IMG/VR virus record: IMGVR_UViG_3300044680_000048
Span: 47,991 to 111,990 of that record
Strand: one strand, 5' to 3'
Origin: a virus
DNA length: 64,000 nucleotides
Shown piece by piece: positions 26,324-36,389 of the stretch. The notes under the pieces were generated by a model. It was given only the letters and a program-made list of their open reading frames with translations, had not been told where the DNA came from and made no database searches. The translations under genes and the position numbers were made by a program. Numbering within the stretch: the first letter of the stretch is position 1; every line of letters starts with the position of its first letter.

Positions 26324-27229
26324 ATGGTACAAAACGCAGTCAACAGTTTCTTAGAAACAAGTGAGAAAGTAGAAGTAGTTAAGAATACCCGAAGCGGTGG
26401 CTTCGACTATGATCTATATTATCCGAAACTTATCCTTCAAGAAGATACACCCTCTCATATCTCTTTTTTAACAGATTTTATTAGAGGGGTCAAGTTTAAG
26501 GTACATTGGAATGATGAGAAGCGAGGCTTCGATCTATGTAATGATCATTACAAATTACCATGTAAATCATGTGAGGAGTCTAAAAAGGCTCAATCTAAAG
26601 CAGATAAAGCTGCCGGAAAGAAAAGAAGTTACCCTTCTGAAATGAGACTAATGTTCACCTACTGTTATGATAAAGTAGGTGTTACTAAAGAGTCTACTAG
26701 TGGAGTAGAGTATCAGGAAGAACCTGTCTGCATAGCAGAAATCCGTAAAGGGGAAGGTGGAGTTAACTTCAAGACTCTTCAAGAAGCTAATGGAGAACAT
26801 CCAGACTTCATGGACCTTTATGATTTCTACGAGATTGTAGAAGAAAATGGAGTAGAAGTCTATAGACTTAAAAAAGAATCTCTCAAGAATAACTATCTTA
26901 TGTATGAAGACAATGGCGAAGCCAAAATTTGGCAACTCCGAAAAACTAAATCAGGAGAAGGTAAGAACGCTAAAACCACTTACAATGAACCTAAGTACAT
27001 CACACATAATAAGGCTAGACAAAACTTTGGTAAGGACACTAAGTTTACTGTTCCTAAAGAAGTTAGAGAGTACTTTGATAATAAGTCCGCAGCAGAGCTG
27101 CTTCCATTCTTCTTAGTCAATTTCTCTAATGTCCAGTGGGATCTACTGGGTATGGAACCTCCTAAAGAAGGGGATAAGCTAGTTCTAAGTGGAGCTACTA
27201 AAAAGGTGGATGCCTCTAAAGAACTCTAA
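26324..27229 (+). CDS. ssDNA-binding protein, gp32-like (putative)
   Basis: 301 aa upstream of the DNA polymerase gene. It has a His/Cys zinc cluster (HWNDEKRGFDLCNDHYKLPCKSC) in the same region as the T4 gp32 Zn site. Called on position and size only. Confidence 0.45.
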   Translation: MVQNAVNSFLETSEKVEVVKNTRSGGFDYDLYYPKLILQEDTPSHISFLTDFIRGVKFKVHWNDEKRGFDLCNDHYKLPCKSCEESKKAQSKADKAAGKKRSYPSEMRLMFTYCYDKVGVTKESTSGVEYQEEPVCIAEIRKGEGGVNFKTLQEANGEHPDFMDLYDFYEIVEENGVEVYRLKKESLKNNYLMYEDNGEAKIWQLRKTKSGEGKNAKTTYNEPKYITHNKARQNFGKDTKFTVPKEVREYFDNKSAAELLPFFLVNFSNVQWDLLGMEPPKEGDKLVLSGATKKVDASKEL

Positions 27230-27244
27230 ATTGATAGTAAAGGT

Positions 27245-27264
27245 GGGAGGGCAATTGCCCTCCC
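27245..27264 (+). terminator. hairpin terminator/attenuator
   Basis: Perfect palindrome GGGAGGGC-AATT-GCCCTCCC. The T-tract after it is weak (TTCT). Confidence 0.5.
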
Positions 27265-27267
27265 TTC

Positions 27268-27276
27268 TGCTATAGT
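27268..27276 (+). promoter_or_regulatory. extended -10 promoter TGcTATAGT, 6 nt from the DNA polymerase ATG
   Basis: TATAGT at 27271-27276 is followed by aagtaa and then the ATG at 27283. There is no SD, and an in-frame TAA lies directly upstream of the ATG. Confidence 0.45.
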
Positions 27277-27282
27277 AAGTAA

Positions 27283-29850
27283 ATGAATAATACACTAGAA
27301 AAGACTTATACTGTTATTGAAACTATAGAAGCCCTTGAAGTTGCTCTTCAGGAGCTTCATAAATATCTAGATAAAACTGAAGAAAACGGACAAAAACCCC
27401 GTCTAGCCTTAGATACAGAAACTTATACCTGTAAGGAGTCTAGGGATAGATATGACTTAGAATACTCCCTTACCCGGCTCAGAAGAGGAGATAAGGTTTG
27501 GGCTAAGCAAATTCAGGGTCTTCTAGACAGTTGCATGAGTATGAATGAAATTAAGGCTTCTGATATTTGGCAGGAGATGCCGGAAGCTTTTGAATTAAGG
27601 CAAAACCCTGATCCGGAAGAAAGATACCCAATTCCTGAACCCATTCTTAATAAATGGGGATTCCATGATGCTAGAGTACGTTTAATTCAGATTGGAATAA
27701 ATCCTGCCCACATTAATCTTCAATATATATTTGACTTAGATAAGATTAGACTAGATAACTGCTATGGTTCTGAGAAAAATTATAATCAAGATCATGTTTT
27801 TCCTTTTTATGCAGAAATAGGGAGGATGTTTAAACCCCTTCTAGACCGAGTTACTATTGTTGGACAGAACCTTAAGTACGAATATAAATTCTTCTGGGCT
27901 TACTTCAAGATAAGACTTAAGTTGATGAGGGATACATACCTTATCAATCAGGTTATCTATACCGGAGATAAGATTAGCCACTCTTTGGGAAACCTTTACC
28001 GGCAACATATTCCTAAAGCTAAGTTCAGTGCCCTTATAGGTTATGTTCCAGAGATAGTAGAAGATGAAGAAGGGAACCAAACTGAAATAGATGATCCCTC
28101 TGGTTGGTATGACAAGTTCAAGAAGGAAGAACAATTATCTCCTTGGTATGCTGAAAACCTTTCTCCTAAACAGTATGTATATGGATCTCATGACGTATTC
28201 CTAATCTGGCCAGTATTTGAAAGACAGTTAGAAATAGCTTCTGATTGGGCTAATAAGCATGATACAGGAGTTCCGGGAACCGGAATCCTTGAGATTATAA
28301 AGTTAGAATGTGAGCTTATTAAGGCAATCTCTAAAGCAGAGGTTGTAGGCTTCCCTCTTGACTTAGATTATTACGAGAATGAATTACGCCCCGCTTTAGA
28401 AAAAGAGATTCAGGAAGCTCAGGAAGAGGCGGATAAGCTCTTTAAGAAGACAGTTACTAGAGAGAAGAAAGTTACTACTGTAAAAGGGAAAAAAGATAAG
28501 AAGATTGAATTTGTTACTGAGGTAACGGAAGAATCCTATAATTTAAATTCTCCAGACCAAATCAGAGTAATTCTGGGACCAGAACTTTGTGCTCTACTTC
28601 CTAAAACAGATAAGGGAAAACCTTCTACAGCCGCTGATGAACTGTTTATCATTCAAGATAAGCATCCTATCATCCCTCTTGCTTTAAGAGTCAAGAGAGC
28701 CCTTAAAACCATCTCCTCCTTTGAGGGAGAGCGGGGCTATAAGAATAATATGGACAGTAATGGAGTAATACACCATACAATTCATCAATTAGGTAGAGAA
28801 GAAAGTGGAATCAGCACAGGACGTATGGCTGGAGCCAAACCTAATCTGATGCAGGTAGACAATGATCCTAAAGTTCGTAGAGCTTTTGTTCCGGAAAGTA
28901 AAGAAGATAAACGAGAAGGGAAGAAAAAGAAGATTATTATTTGGGACTACTCCCAAATTGAACCAAGACTTCAGGGAGAAGATGCCTTAGATGATTTCCT
29001 AATTGGTTGTTTTAGAGACGGAAGAGATCTCCATGCTGAAACTGCTAAGAATATCTTCCATCTAGACTTCTTGCCGGATAAACATAAACCGGAAGATAAA
29101 CCTTGGAGAGATAGAGGTAAAGAAATTAGACTTGCCCGAACATACCTTATGGGTATTGATAAAGGTATTAAGAAAGTCTATGTAGAGTCCAAGGGAAAAC
29201 TTGACTATATCCTTAGAGGAGATGAGGGAAGACAGGCTTTTATTGAGGATTTAAATACCTTCGATAACCTTACTCCACAACTCAAAGAACTAAAAGAGAA
29301 TATGGAGAATGAGGTTAAAGCCTTAGCAATACAGAAGAAAGGATTAGCCTTTGCTGCTGATGGTAGACCTTTCTATGTAGCTAAGAGTATGATGGGGAGA
29401 ACTAGAAGATTCTGCCTCTCTCCGGAAGACCGTAGGGATGCTATGAAGAATCCGGAAGATTGGGATTTCCATAAGAAGGTTTACTATACCAGGACCGGAA
29501 ATACTAGTAGTTGGTCTAATAAGTGTAACTCTGAATTAAGAGATGCGGCAAGAGAAGCCGGAAATAATAGATTCCAAATGTCTGCTGCGGATATCTTCAA
29601 GTCTGCAATTGTTAAAGCAAACTTAAAACTTGAGGAATTTGAAGAAGAGTGGGCAAATATGGGATATACTGCTTATATGGTAAATTTCGTACACGATGAA
29701 ATTATTGCCATTGCTAGTGAAGAAGTTGCGGAAATAGTAAGCAAGATAATCCATGATAGTATGGTAGAGGCCGCTAAACCTTTCTTCAAAGTAGTACCTG
29801 TTTTAGTAGAAGGTGGAATTGCTCCTAATGATAGCTGGGCAGATAAATAA
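27283..29850 (+). CDS. DNA polymerase, family A, with 3'-5' exonuclease domain
   Basis: 855 aa. Exo I LALDTETY, pol motif A WDYSQIEPRL and motif C FVHDEIIA. Confidence 0.95.
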   Translation: MNNTLEKTYTVIETIEALEVALQELHKYLDKTEENGQKPRLALDTETYTCKESRDRYDLEYSLTRLRRGDKVWAKQIQGLLDSCMSMNEIKASDIWQEMPEAFELRQNPDPEERYPIPEPILNKWGFHDARVRLIQIGINPAHINLQYIFDLDKIRLDNCYGSEKNYNQDHVFPFYAEIGRMFKPLLDRVTIVGQNLKYEYKFFWAYFKIRLKLMRDTYLINQVIYTGDKISHSLGNLYRQHIPKAKFSALIGYVPEIVEDEEGNQTEIDDPSGWYDKFKKEEQLSPWYAENLSPKQYVYGSHDVFLIWPVFERQLEIASDWANKHDTGVPGTGILEIIKLECELIKAISKAEVVGFPLDLDYYENELRPALEKEIQEAQEEADKLFKKTVTREKKVTTVKGKKDKKIEFVTEVTEESYNLNSPDQIRVILGPELCALLPKTDKGKPSTAADELFIIQDKHPIIPLALRVKRALKTISSFEGERGYKNNMDSNGVIHHTIHQLGREESGISTGRMAGAKPNLMQVDNDPKVRRAFVPESKEDKREGKKKKIIIWDYSQIEPRLQGEDALDDFLIGCFRDGRDLHAETAKNIFHLDFLPDKHKPEDKPWRDRGKEIRLARTYLMGIDKGIKKVYVESKGKLDYILRGDEGRQAFIEDLNTFDNLTPQLKELKENMENEVKALAIQKKGLAFAADGRPFYVAKSMMGRTRRFCLSPEDRRDAMKNPEDWDFHKKVYYTRTGNTSSWSNKCNSELRDAAREAGNNRFQMSAADIFKSAIVKANLKLEEFEEEWANMGYTAYMVNFVHDEIIAIASEEVAEIVSKIIHDSMVEAAKPFFKVVPVLVEGGIAPNDSWADK

Positions 29851-29858
29851 AGGATAAT

Positions 29859-30632
29859 ATGGAAGAACTAAACTTACTGATAATTCCCGATCCACATACT
29901 AGAAAAGGGGAAGATAATATTTCCCGTTTTACTGCACTTGGGCGGAAGGTTGTTTCAGAACAACCAGATGTAATTATCAATATGGGAGACCATTTCGATT
30001 TTCCCTCTTTATCTGCTTGGGATGAAGGAACGGAAGCAATGTGGGGACAGTTCTTAGATGAGGACATCGCTGCAGGACATGAAGCTCTAGATGCCTTCCA
30101 TGCTGAAATAGATGCCTATAATAAGGGAAGACGGAATAAGTATACCCCTAGACTTGAATTCCTTGAAGGGAACCATGAATGGAGAATGGAGAGATTCCTA
30201 ATTAAAAATCCAAAATTTAGAGGAACCTTCGGTTTTGAAAAGTTAGGGCTAGAAGAAAGAGGCTGGAATACTACCAGATATAAGAAGAGATTAGTTATTC
30301 AAGATATTGTATTTATGCATCATTTTGAAAACAAAATGGGTAAACCACTGGCCAGTCTTCATCTGGGATACAACATTATCCGGAACCACAAAGTAAGCGG
30401 AATTATGGGACATAACCACGGTTATAACCTCTACAAAGAAGGAGGAGCAGATGGTAGGAAATACTTAGCGGGCACGGTTGGGTGGTATGGAAGTTCCTCT
30501 CAGATAGAAGCCTATGCTGAATCCACTATGTATAACTGGTTCAATGGTATAACCGAAATCAAAAATGCCAAAGAGGGCTTTGGGGATGACTCTTTTACTA
30601 GTCAAGAAACTTTACTAAAGGAATATCTATGA
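29859..30632 (+). CDS. metallophosphoesterase (calcineurin-like)
   Basis: 257 aa. Motifs IIPDPH, NMGDHFD, LEGNHE and MGHNHG appear in canonical order. Confidence 0.8.
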   Translation: MEELNLLIIPDPHTRKGEDNISRFTALGRKVVSEQPDVIINMGDHFDFPSLSAWDEGTEAMWGQFLDEDIAAGHEALDAFHAEIDAYNKGRRNKYTPRLEFLEGNHEWRMERFLIKNPKFRGTFGFEKLGLEERGWNTTRYKKRLVIQDIVFMHHFENKMGKPLASLHLGYNIIRNHKVSGIMGHNHGYNLYKEGGADGRKYLAGTVGWYGSSSQIEAYAESTMYNWFNGITEIKNAKEGFGDDSFTSQETLLKEYL

Positions 30633-30955
30633 TAACAAGAGCTGCTGTACTCAAAACACTTAAAGATAAAGAAAAAAAGAAGAAAGAACTGTCTTCTAAA
30701 CAATTTGAAGGGGCTTTGGCTAGGATTGAGTCTGGGGTTAATGACGGAAAACTTATTTTTATGAATATAGGAAATGACCCTAAACTTCATGAATTTATTA
30801 CTAAAACTTTAAAGAAGGAGGGACTCAAAGCAGAATTTACTATTGTTGAAACTCCCGTAGCTCCTTTTATCTCAAAGAGTAAAAATGGAAAGCCAACTAA
30901 AACAAGGGCATATTTAAACAAAACTACTATTTTGAGGATTAGTATAGATGAGTAA
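30629..30955 (+). CDS. hypothetical protein (108 aa)
   Basis: ATGA overlap with the upstream gene. No motif recognised. Confidence 0.5.
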   Translation: MITRAAVLKTLKDKEKKKKELSSKQFEGALARIESGVNDGKLIFMNIGNDPKLHEFITKTLKKEGLKAEFTIVETPVAPFISKSKNGKPTKTRAYLNKTTILRISIDE

Positions 30956-31412
30956 TCCTAAACATAACCCATATAGTTGGGGAACTGGATATAAACCTTA
31001 CTACCCTACTCATAATGGAGTAGTAGGAAATAGGGTTCCGGAAAGAGAGATTGATCTTAAGAAGATTGCCGGACTTCCTCTTGGAGCTACTGAGTTCCTA
31101 ATGGAACTAGGGGATGAGGGAATACAGTATTCTGCTCTTGGATCTATTGTTGCCGGAACTCTTACTAAGGAAGAAGAAGTAACAAATTTAAAGTTTGATA
31201 TGAAAGGTAATCATATTACTCATGATTTCCGCTATGGAAGACAAGGTAAGGATATAGAGATTTGTAGACTTGTCCGGAAAGACAAAGACGGAAATCATAA
31301 AGAAGCCCAAAAGGGCTTGCTAAAACTCCTCATCTCTGATAAGCTTATAAAGCTGCGGGAAGAAGATTATGACCTAGCAGAAGAGATGGAAATTGTAGAG
31401 GATAATATCTAA
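30948..31412 (+). CDS. hypothetical protein (154 aa)
   Basis: Oriented like its neighbours, with overlapping junctions. Confidence 0.5.
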   Translation: MSNPKHNPYSWGTGYKPYYPTHNGVVGNRVPEREIDLKKIAGLPLGATEFLMELGDEGIQYSALGSIVAGTLTKEEEVTNLKFDMKGNHITHDFRYGRQGKDIEICRLVRKDKDGNHKEAQKGLLKLLISDKLIKLREEDYDLAEEMEIVEDNI

Positions 31413-31819
31413 TGAAATTTGACATGAAAAAGTTTTTGAGTTCACCCTTAAATGATGGTTCAACTTATTGGAACTATGATGATGGATGTGGGTGTGTTAA
31501 GTCCGTGTTTAATGAGTCATTGGAGGAGCCCCTAGTATATAGAAGTAAACTCTCGCTAACAGAGACTGCTGACCCTGGACCTTTTATGGCAGTTTATGGC
31601 TCTCCAACTTGTTATGTAGGCCAACCTATTGGTGGAGAGGTTATAAAAAATATAAATAAAAAACTTAAAGAAGTATTGGATGTAGGAGAGCACATCCTTA
31701 TAAAAGGATACCCCCAAAAGGCAAAACTCTATGTAGCTCACATGCTTGAGAAGTTCAATCTGGTTGAGCTTATTAACACAGAAGTAGAGGTTAAGGAATG
31801 CCAGACCAGTCAGATCTAG
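31412..31819 (+). CDS. hypothetical protein (135 aa)
   Basis: Oriented like its neighbours, with a TAATG junction. Confidence 0.5.
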   Translation: MKFDMKKFLSSPLNDGSTYWNYDDGCGCVKSVFNESLEEPLVYRSKLSLTETADPGPFMAVYGSPTCYVGQPIGGEVIKNINKKLKEVLDVGEHILIKGYPQKAKLYVAHMLEKFNLVELINTEVEVKECQTSQI

Positions 31820-32094
31820 ATAAGTTCATTAAACAAGCCCAAATAGATTCTCAGATGTTAGTGAGGGCGGAACTTCTCCGCCCTCTATTTCCTGGAGCTA
31901 CTGATGAGCAGTTAGCAGATGAAGTGCTTTCAACACTATGGTGGACAAAGAGCCGGAAGAAAGTTAGCCGGAAATACATAGGTTCTTTAGTAAAAGAATA
32001 CCAACAGAGACTCAATGAGGCAAATCTTGAAAGTTCTGAAACTCAAACAGATACAGGAAGCTTGCCCCTCGAAGTGGATAGCCTACCTGGATAA
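31798..32094 (+). CDS. hypothetical protein (98 aa)
   Basis: ORF-track ORF that overlaps the next ORF by 80 nt. Confidence 0.45.
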   Translation: MPDQSDLDKFIKQAQIDSQMLVRAELLRPLFPGATDEQLADEVLSTLWWTKSRKKVSRKYIGSLVKEYQQRLNEANLESSETQTDTGSLPLEVDSLPG

Positions 32095-32344
32095 TGGGGA
32101 AGAGAAACTAATCTATCATAGACTTAGTTACCCATTTAATGAAGATAGTAAATGGTACTTAAGGATCTATCGAGAATACCCAGAAATAGAAATAGAATTT
32201 GAAGATGTAGCCCCAGATGACTTGACGGCAATATTTGAAACATTTACCCTTTTAGGGTACAGTCTAGAGGAAACGGAAATAGACCCAATACTTTATGAGC
32301 TACTAGAAGATTTTTACAACGGGGACTTCTTTTATGAATCTTAA
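32015..32344 (+). CDS. hypothetical acidic protein (109 aa; start uncertain)
   Basis: ORF-track ORF. There is no internal ATG after the upstream stop, so either the overlap is real or an alternative start is used. Confidence 0.4.
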   Translation: MRQILKVLKLKQIQEACPSKWIAYLDNGEEKLIYHRLSYPFNEDSKWYLRIYREYPEIEIEFEDVAPDDLTAIFETFTLLGYSLEETEIDPILYELLEDFYNGDFFYES

Positions 32345-32498
32345 TGAACAGAAAGCTTACTATGAATGGTTGAAGATGAGACTTTGGAAGGCAGTCTTTG
32401 CTGGAAAAGATAATAAAAAGACTTGGAAGGATCTAGACTACTGTACGGAAGCCTTAGAAAAAATTAGACAATCTTCTAATCCAAGACGCCCAAAGTAG
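32334..32498 (+). CDS. hypothetical small protein (54 aa)
   Basis: Hand-translated as MNLNEQKAYYEWLKMRLWKAVFAGKDNKKTWKDLDYCTEALEKIRQSSNPRRPK. It overlaps the end of the upstream ORF. Confidence 0.4.
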   Translation: MNLNEQKAYYEWLKMRLWKAVFAGKDNKKTWKDLDYCTEALEKIRQSSNPRRPK

Positions 32499-32508
32499 GT
32501 TAAAAAAG

Positions 32509-32527
32509 AACTTCCGGAAGTTAGAAT
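32509..32527 (+). promoter_or_regulatory. 14-bp perfect palindrome AACTTCCGGAAGTT overlapping -10-like TAGAAT
   Basis: AACTTCCGGAAGTTAGAAT lies about 80 nt upstream of the nrdA start. It has the same GGAAGT-TAnAAT arrangement as 658-669. Confidence 0.45.
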
Positions 32528-32604
32528 AAGATTACAAAGTTAGACAATTTATTTGCTTTTGAGCCAAGACTGCATTGGCTCTTAGCTTTTCATGGGGTAT
32601 TTTA

Positions 32605-34341
32605 ATGGTACAGATAGACTATTCTAGGGATTCTTTATTGACCCGGTTTGCACTAGAGACTCTAAAGGATAGGTATCTATTACCAGGAGAAACACCTCAA
32701 GATGGGTTTGCTAGAGCAGCTTCAGCATATGCTGATGATGAAGACCACGCTCAGAGACTTTATGATTACGCTTCTAATTTGTGGTTTATGTTCTCTACGC
32801 CTATTTTGTCTAATGGTGGAACAGAAAGGGGATTAGGGATATCTTGTTATTTAAACCACATAGATGATTCCCGCAATGGAATAATTGAACATTGGAAGGA
32901 AAATACCTTTTTAGCCTCATTAGGTGGAGGTGTTGGAGCCTGTTGGGGGGATATAAGGTCTGATGGAACCGGAACAAGTAGTGGATCAGTTTCTACAGGT
33001 AGTATCCCCTTCCTCAAGACTGTAGATTCTCAATTCTTGGCAGTAGCACAGGGTAAGACCCGTAGAGGTTCCTACGCTGCTTACCAAAATATTGACCACC
33101 CAGAGATAGAAGAATTCATTACTATTAGAAAGACTACCGGTGGGGACTCTAATAGAAAGTGCCCTAATATCCATAATGCTGTAAATATCACAGATGAATT
33201 CATGGAATCAGTCATTGCGGGAAGAGATTGGAATTTAATTGATCCACATTCTAAGAAAGTAACTAAGACCTTAAAAGCCCGAGACTTATTCCGTCTTATC
33301 CTAGAAACTAGGATCTCTAAAGGGGAACCTTACATACACTTTATAGATACGGCTAATAAACACTTACCAGAGTCCCTTAAAGTATTAGGATTGAGGATAA
33401 ATACTAGCAACTTATGTCAAGAAGTTGAGCTTCCTACAAGTAAGGATCGTACAGCTGTATGTTGCCTCTCTTCTGTAAATCTAGAGAAGTATGATGAGTG
33501 GAAGGACCATCTAACCTTTATTTCTGACTTGATAAAGATGCTGGATAATGTTATTGAAAATTTTATTCAAACTGCTCCACCAGAACTGTGGAGGGCAGTA
33601 GCCTCAGCCAAAGGAGAAAGGTCTTTAGGATTAGGAGCTATGGGGTTTCACTCTTATCTTCAGAAGTTAAATATTCCATTTGAGGGACCCCTGGCTTCGG
33701 GGATAAATAGAAAGATCTTTTCCCAATTGAAAGCCCAAGCAACAGAAGCTTCTAAAGAGTTGTATAATAAAAAAGGTCCGGCTGGTGATCTAAGAAATGA
33801 GAGAAATGCACACCTTATGGCAATAGCCCCTAATGCTTCCAGCTCTATTATCTGTGGAGAAGCTAGCCCTTCTATTGAACCTTTCCGGGCTAATGCCTAT
33901 ACCCATAAGACTCTTAGTGGTAGCTTCTACATTAAGAATAAGTATCTTCAACAAAGATTAGAAGAATTGGGGAAGAACACAGATGAGACTTGGACTTCAA
34001 TTATAGGTAATGGCGGAAGTGTCACCCATTTAGAGTTTTTATCTGATTGGGATAAAGAAGTATTTAAGACAGCTATTGAGATAGACCAGCATTGGATAAT
34101 TCAACATGCTGCTGATAGGCAGGAGTATATATGTCAAGGCCAGTCTATTAATCTCTTTTTCTTAGCAAACACTAATGTTCAATATTTATATGATGTTCAT
34201 ATTGCAGCGTATAAAAAGGGCATTAAGGGATTATACTACTTGAAGAGTGAGTCAATACAAAGACCAGACTTAATTTCTCAGCAGATTGAAAGGATTACTA
34301 GGAAAGAGACGGAAGAAGATTGTTTTAGTTGCCAGGGGTAA
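32605..34341 (+). CDS. nrdA: ribonucleotide reductase large subunit (class I, no ATP-cone)
   Basis: LKDRYL, STPILSNGG, SCYL, GGGVG, active-site SNLCQEVELP and a C-terminal redox pair CFSCQG. The ATG at 32605 is preferred over the TTG at 32575. Confidence 0.9.
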   Translation: MVQIDYSRDSLLTRFALETLKDRYLLPGETPQDGFARAASAYADDEDHAQRLYDYASNLWFMFSTPILSNGGTERGLGISCYLNHIDDSRNGIIEHWKENTFLASLGGGVGACWGDIRSDGTGTSSGSVSTGSIPFLKTVDSQFLAVAQGKTRRGSYAAYQNIDHPEIEEFITIRKTTGGDSNRKCPNIHNAVNITDEFMESVIAGRDWNLIDPHSKKVTKTLKARDLFRLILETRISKGEPYIHFIDTANKHLPESLKVLGLRINTSNLCQEVELPTSKDRTAVCCLSSVNLEKYDEWKDHLTFISDLIKMLDNVIENFIQTAPPELWRAVASAKGERSLGLGAMGFHSYLQKLNIPFEGPLASGINRKIFSQLKAQATEASKELYNKKGPAGDLRNERNAHLMAIAPNASSSIICGEASPSIEPFRANAYTHKTLSGSFYIKNKYLQQRLEELGKNTDETWTSIIGNGGSVTHLEFLSDWDKEVFKTAIEIDQHWIIQHAADRQEYICQGQSINLFFLANTNVQYLYDVHIAAYKKGIKGLYYLKSESIQRPDLISQQIERITRKETEEDCFSCQG

Positions 34342-34344
34342 TAG

Positions 34345-35307
34345 ATGTCCTTATTAGAAACCCGTTCATATTTTAAACCATTCCAATATAATTGGGCTTT
34401 TGAAGCCTACAATAAACAACAACAGATACATTGGCTGCCGGATGAAGTCCCTCTGGGTTCTGATATTTCAGATTGGAATACCGGAAAGTTGAGTAACTCA
34501 GAAAAAAACTTATTAACGCAACTATTTAGATTCTTTACCCAAGCTGATGTTAGTATTGCTGAAGGGTATATAGATAAATATTTACCAATATTTAGACCTC
34601 CAGAAGTTCGTATGATGCTTACTGCCTTTGCTAATATGGAATCCATACATATGCACGCCTACAGTAGACTTTTAGATTCCGTAGGAATGCCGGAAGTTGA
34701 GTATAGTAAGTTCCAAGAATATGAGGATATGAAGGCCAAACATGACTACTTGGATACCATTAAACCTTCTTCTTTAGAAGAGATAGCTGAGACCCTGGCT
34801 ATTTATTCTGCTTTTGGGGAAGGGCTTCAATTATTCTCTTCTTTTGCCATTCTTTTAAACTTTTCTAGATTTAACAAAATGAAGGGAATGTCCCAGATAG
34901 TAACATATTCTGTACGTGATGAGACACTACATGTGGACTCTATGATTAAACTTTTCCACATCTTCTTAGATGAAAATCCTAAAATTTGGAAAAGTAATTT
35001 AAAGAAAAAGATATATTTGGCCTGTCAGGATATGGTATTATTAGAGGATAAGTTTATTGATCTTGCTTTTGAACAAGGAGGAATTGAAGGCTTAGATAAG
35101 GAAGGCGTTAAAACGTACATTAGGTTTATTGCCGATAGGCGGTGTTTACAATTGGGACTTAAACCTGTGTATAAACAAAAGAAAAACCCGCTAGGTTGGC
35201 TGGACAATATACTAAATGCAGTAGAGTTAGCTAATTTCTTTGAAACAACATCATCGGAATACTCATCTGGAGCCTTAACAGGTTCATGGGAAGAACTTAA
35301 ATGGTAA
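34345..35307 (+). CDS. nrdB: ribonucleotide reductase small subunit (class I R2)
   Basis: 320 aa. Di-iron ligand motifs MESIHMHAYS (ExxH), EGLQLFSSFA and VRDETLHV (ExxH). Adjacent to nrdA. Confidence 0.9.
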   Translation: MSLLETRSYFKPFQYNWAFEAYNKQQQIHWLPDEVPLGSDISDWNTGKLSNSEKNLLTQLFRFFTQADVSIAEGYIDKYLPIFRPPEVRMMLTAFANMESIHMHAYSRLLDSVGMPEVEYSKFQEYEDMKAKHDYLDTIKPSSLEEIAETLAIYSAFGEGLQLFSSFAILLNFSRFNKMKGMSQIVTYSVRDETLHVDSMIKLFHIFLDENPKIWKSNLKKKIYLACQDMVLLEDKFIDLAFEQGGIEGLDKEGVKTYIRFIADRRCLQLGLKPVYKQKKNPLGWLDNILNAVELANFFETTSSEYSSGALTGSWEELKW

Positions 35308-35843
35308 ATTTTTATAGTGAAATGAAAGAGTTGTATCCAGAACTCTATCAGAATGTCTATTGTGGATTCTCTTGCCCCAAAGGGTGGGAGAGTCTTATTA
35401 GAGACCTTTCCGCTAAGATTGCTTCACTTAATGCAGTTAGAGTGGCTCAAGTAAAAGAGAAATTTGGCTTCCTCCGGTACTACTTTGATCCATTAAGTGA
35501 TGCCGGAATCCCCTTAGACAAGAGAACAACTTTATGGAAGAACTATAATAAAGCCAAAGAGTTAATTAAGGAAGCCGAGGAGGCTTCCCAAACTACGTGT
35601 CAAGAATGTGGAGAATATGGGGAACCTAGAAAGAGTTCTTGGGTATCAACTCTCTGTAATGACCACGCTAATGGTATGCCTAGTCATTGGGGACCAAGAG
35701 CTAAATGTAAACTTTGTCAAACCGTAATCCAGAGTAAGTTTCAACATGACTTTAAGTACTGTGAATGCGGAGCCATTTTTGTAGATGGTGGAGGATCTTA
35801 TACCAGATATGGAGGGGAAATGGTGAATATAGAATGGCTTTAG
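35301..35843 (+). CDS. hypothetical protein with Cys clusters (180 aa)
   Basis: CPKGWESLI...QVKEKFGFLRYY N-terminal module, followed by CQECG...CNDH and CKLC...CECG. Confidence 0.5.
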   Translation: MVNFYSEMKELYPELYQNVYCGFSCPKGWESLIRDLSAKIASLNAVRVAQVKEKFGFLRYYFDPLSDAGIPLDKRTTLWKNYNKAKELIKEAEEASQTTCQECGEYGEPRKSSWVSTLCNDHANGMPSHWGPRAKCKLCQTVIQSKFQHDFKYCECGAIFVDGGGSYTRYGGEMVNIEWL

Positions 35844-36331
35844 ATTTCCAAGCAGTGAGGTATAACACTGATCTAGTAAATACCTTCAACAAGGCGGCCT
35901 GTGAAATTGACTCACTAGGAGCGTTAGCTTCCCTTTGCAATGATTATGATTTTGTAGAAGAAATGATGGATCAGGCAAAGAGTATATTAATGGGTGTGAT
36001 GGAATCAACGATTATTACTGATCCTGAAGAGAATGAGGGAGAAGAACAACAAATAGCTCCTGATGAGATAGTAGAAAAATCTCCAATTAGTATACTACCC
36101 ACCCAGATAGAAGTTGATGGAGAAGATAATCAACTTCGGGCCATCATGTATAATGATGGAGTTCCTTGGGCTTTAACGGAATGGGTTCCCTTTGAGCCTA
36201 ATATAGATGTTACTTATTCTATTTCCTCTGCTCTTAGACTAATGGCGGAAGTCCTAGAAAGAAAATACGACCTTTCTCAATTACCAAAGGCAGAAGATAA
36301 TGCTCAAGACCCTGATCCGAATTGTAATTAA
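35834..36331 (+). CDS. hypothetical acidic protein (165 aa)
   Basis: Internal ATG (MALDFQAV...) 10 nt before the upstream stop. The longer track start at 35765 is unlikely. Confidence 0.45.
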   Translation: MALDFQAVRYNTDLVNTFNKAACEIDSLGALASLCNDYDFVEEMMDQAKSILMGVMESTIITDPEENEGEEQQIAPDEIVEKSPISILPTQIEVDGEDNQLRAIMYNDGVPWALTEWVPFEPNIDVTYSISSALRLMAEVLERKYDLSQLPKAEDNAQDPDPNCN

Positions 36332-36389
36332 GATATTTGTTCAAGTAGTAGCTAATATTATAGTAGGCCTAAGTTTAGAAATGATATAA

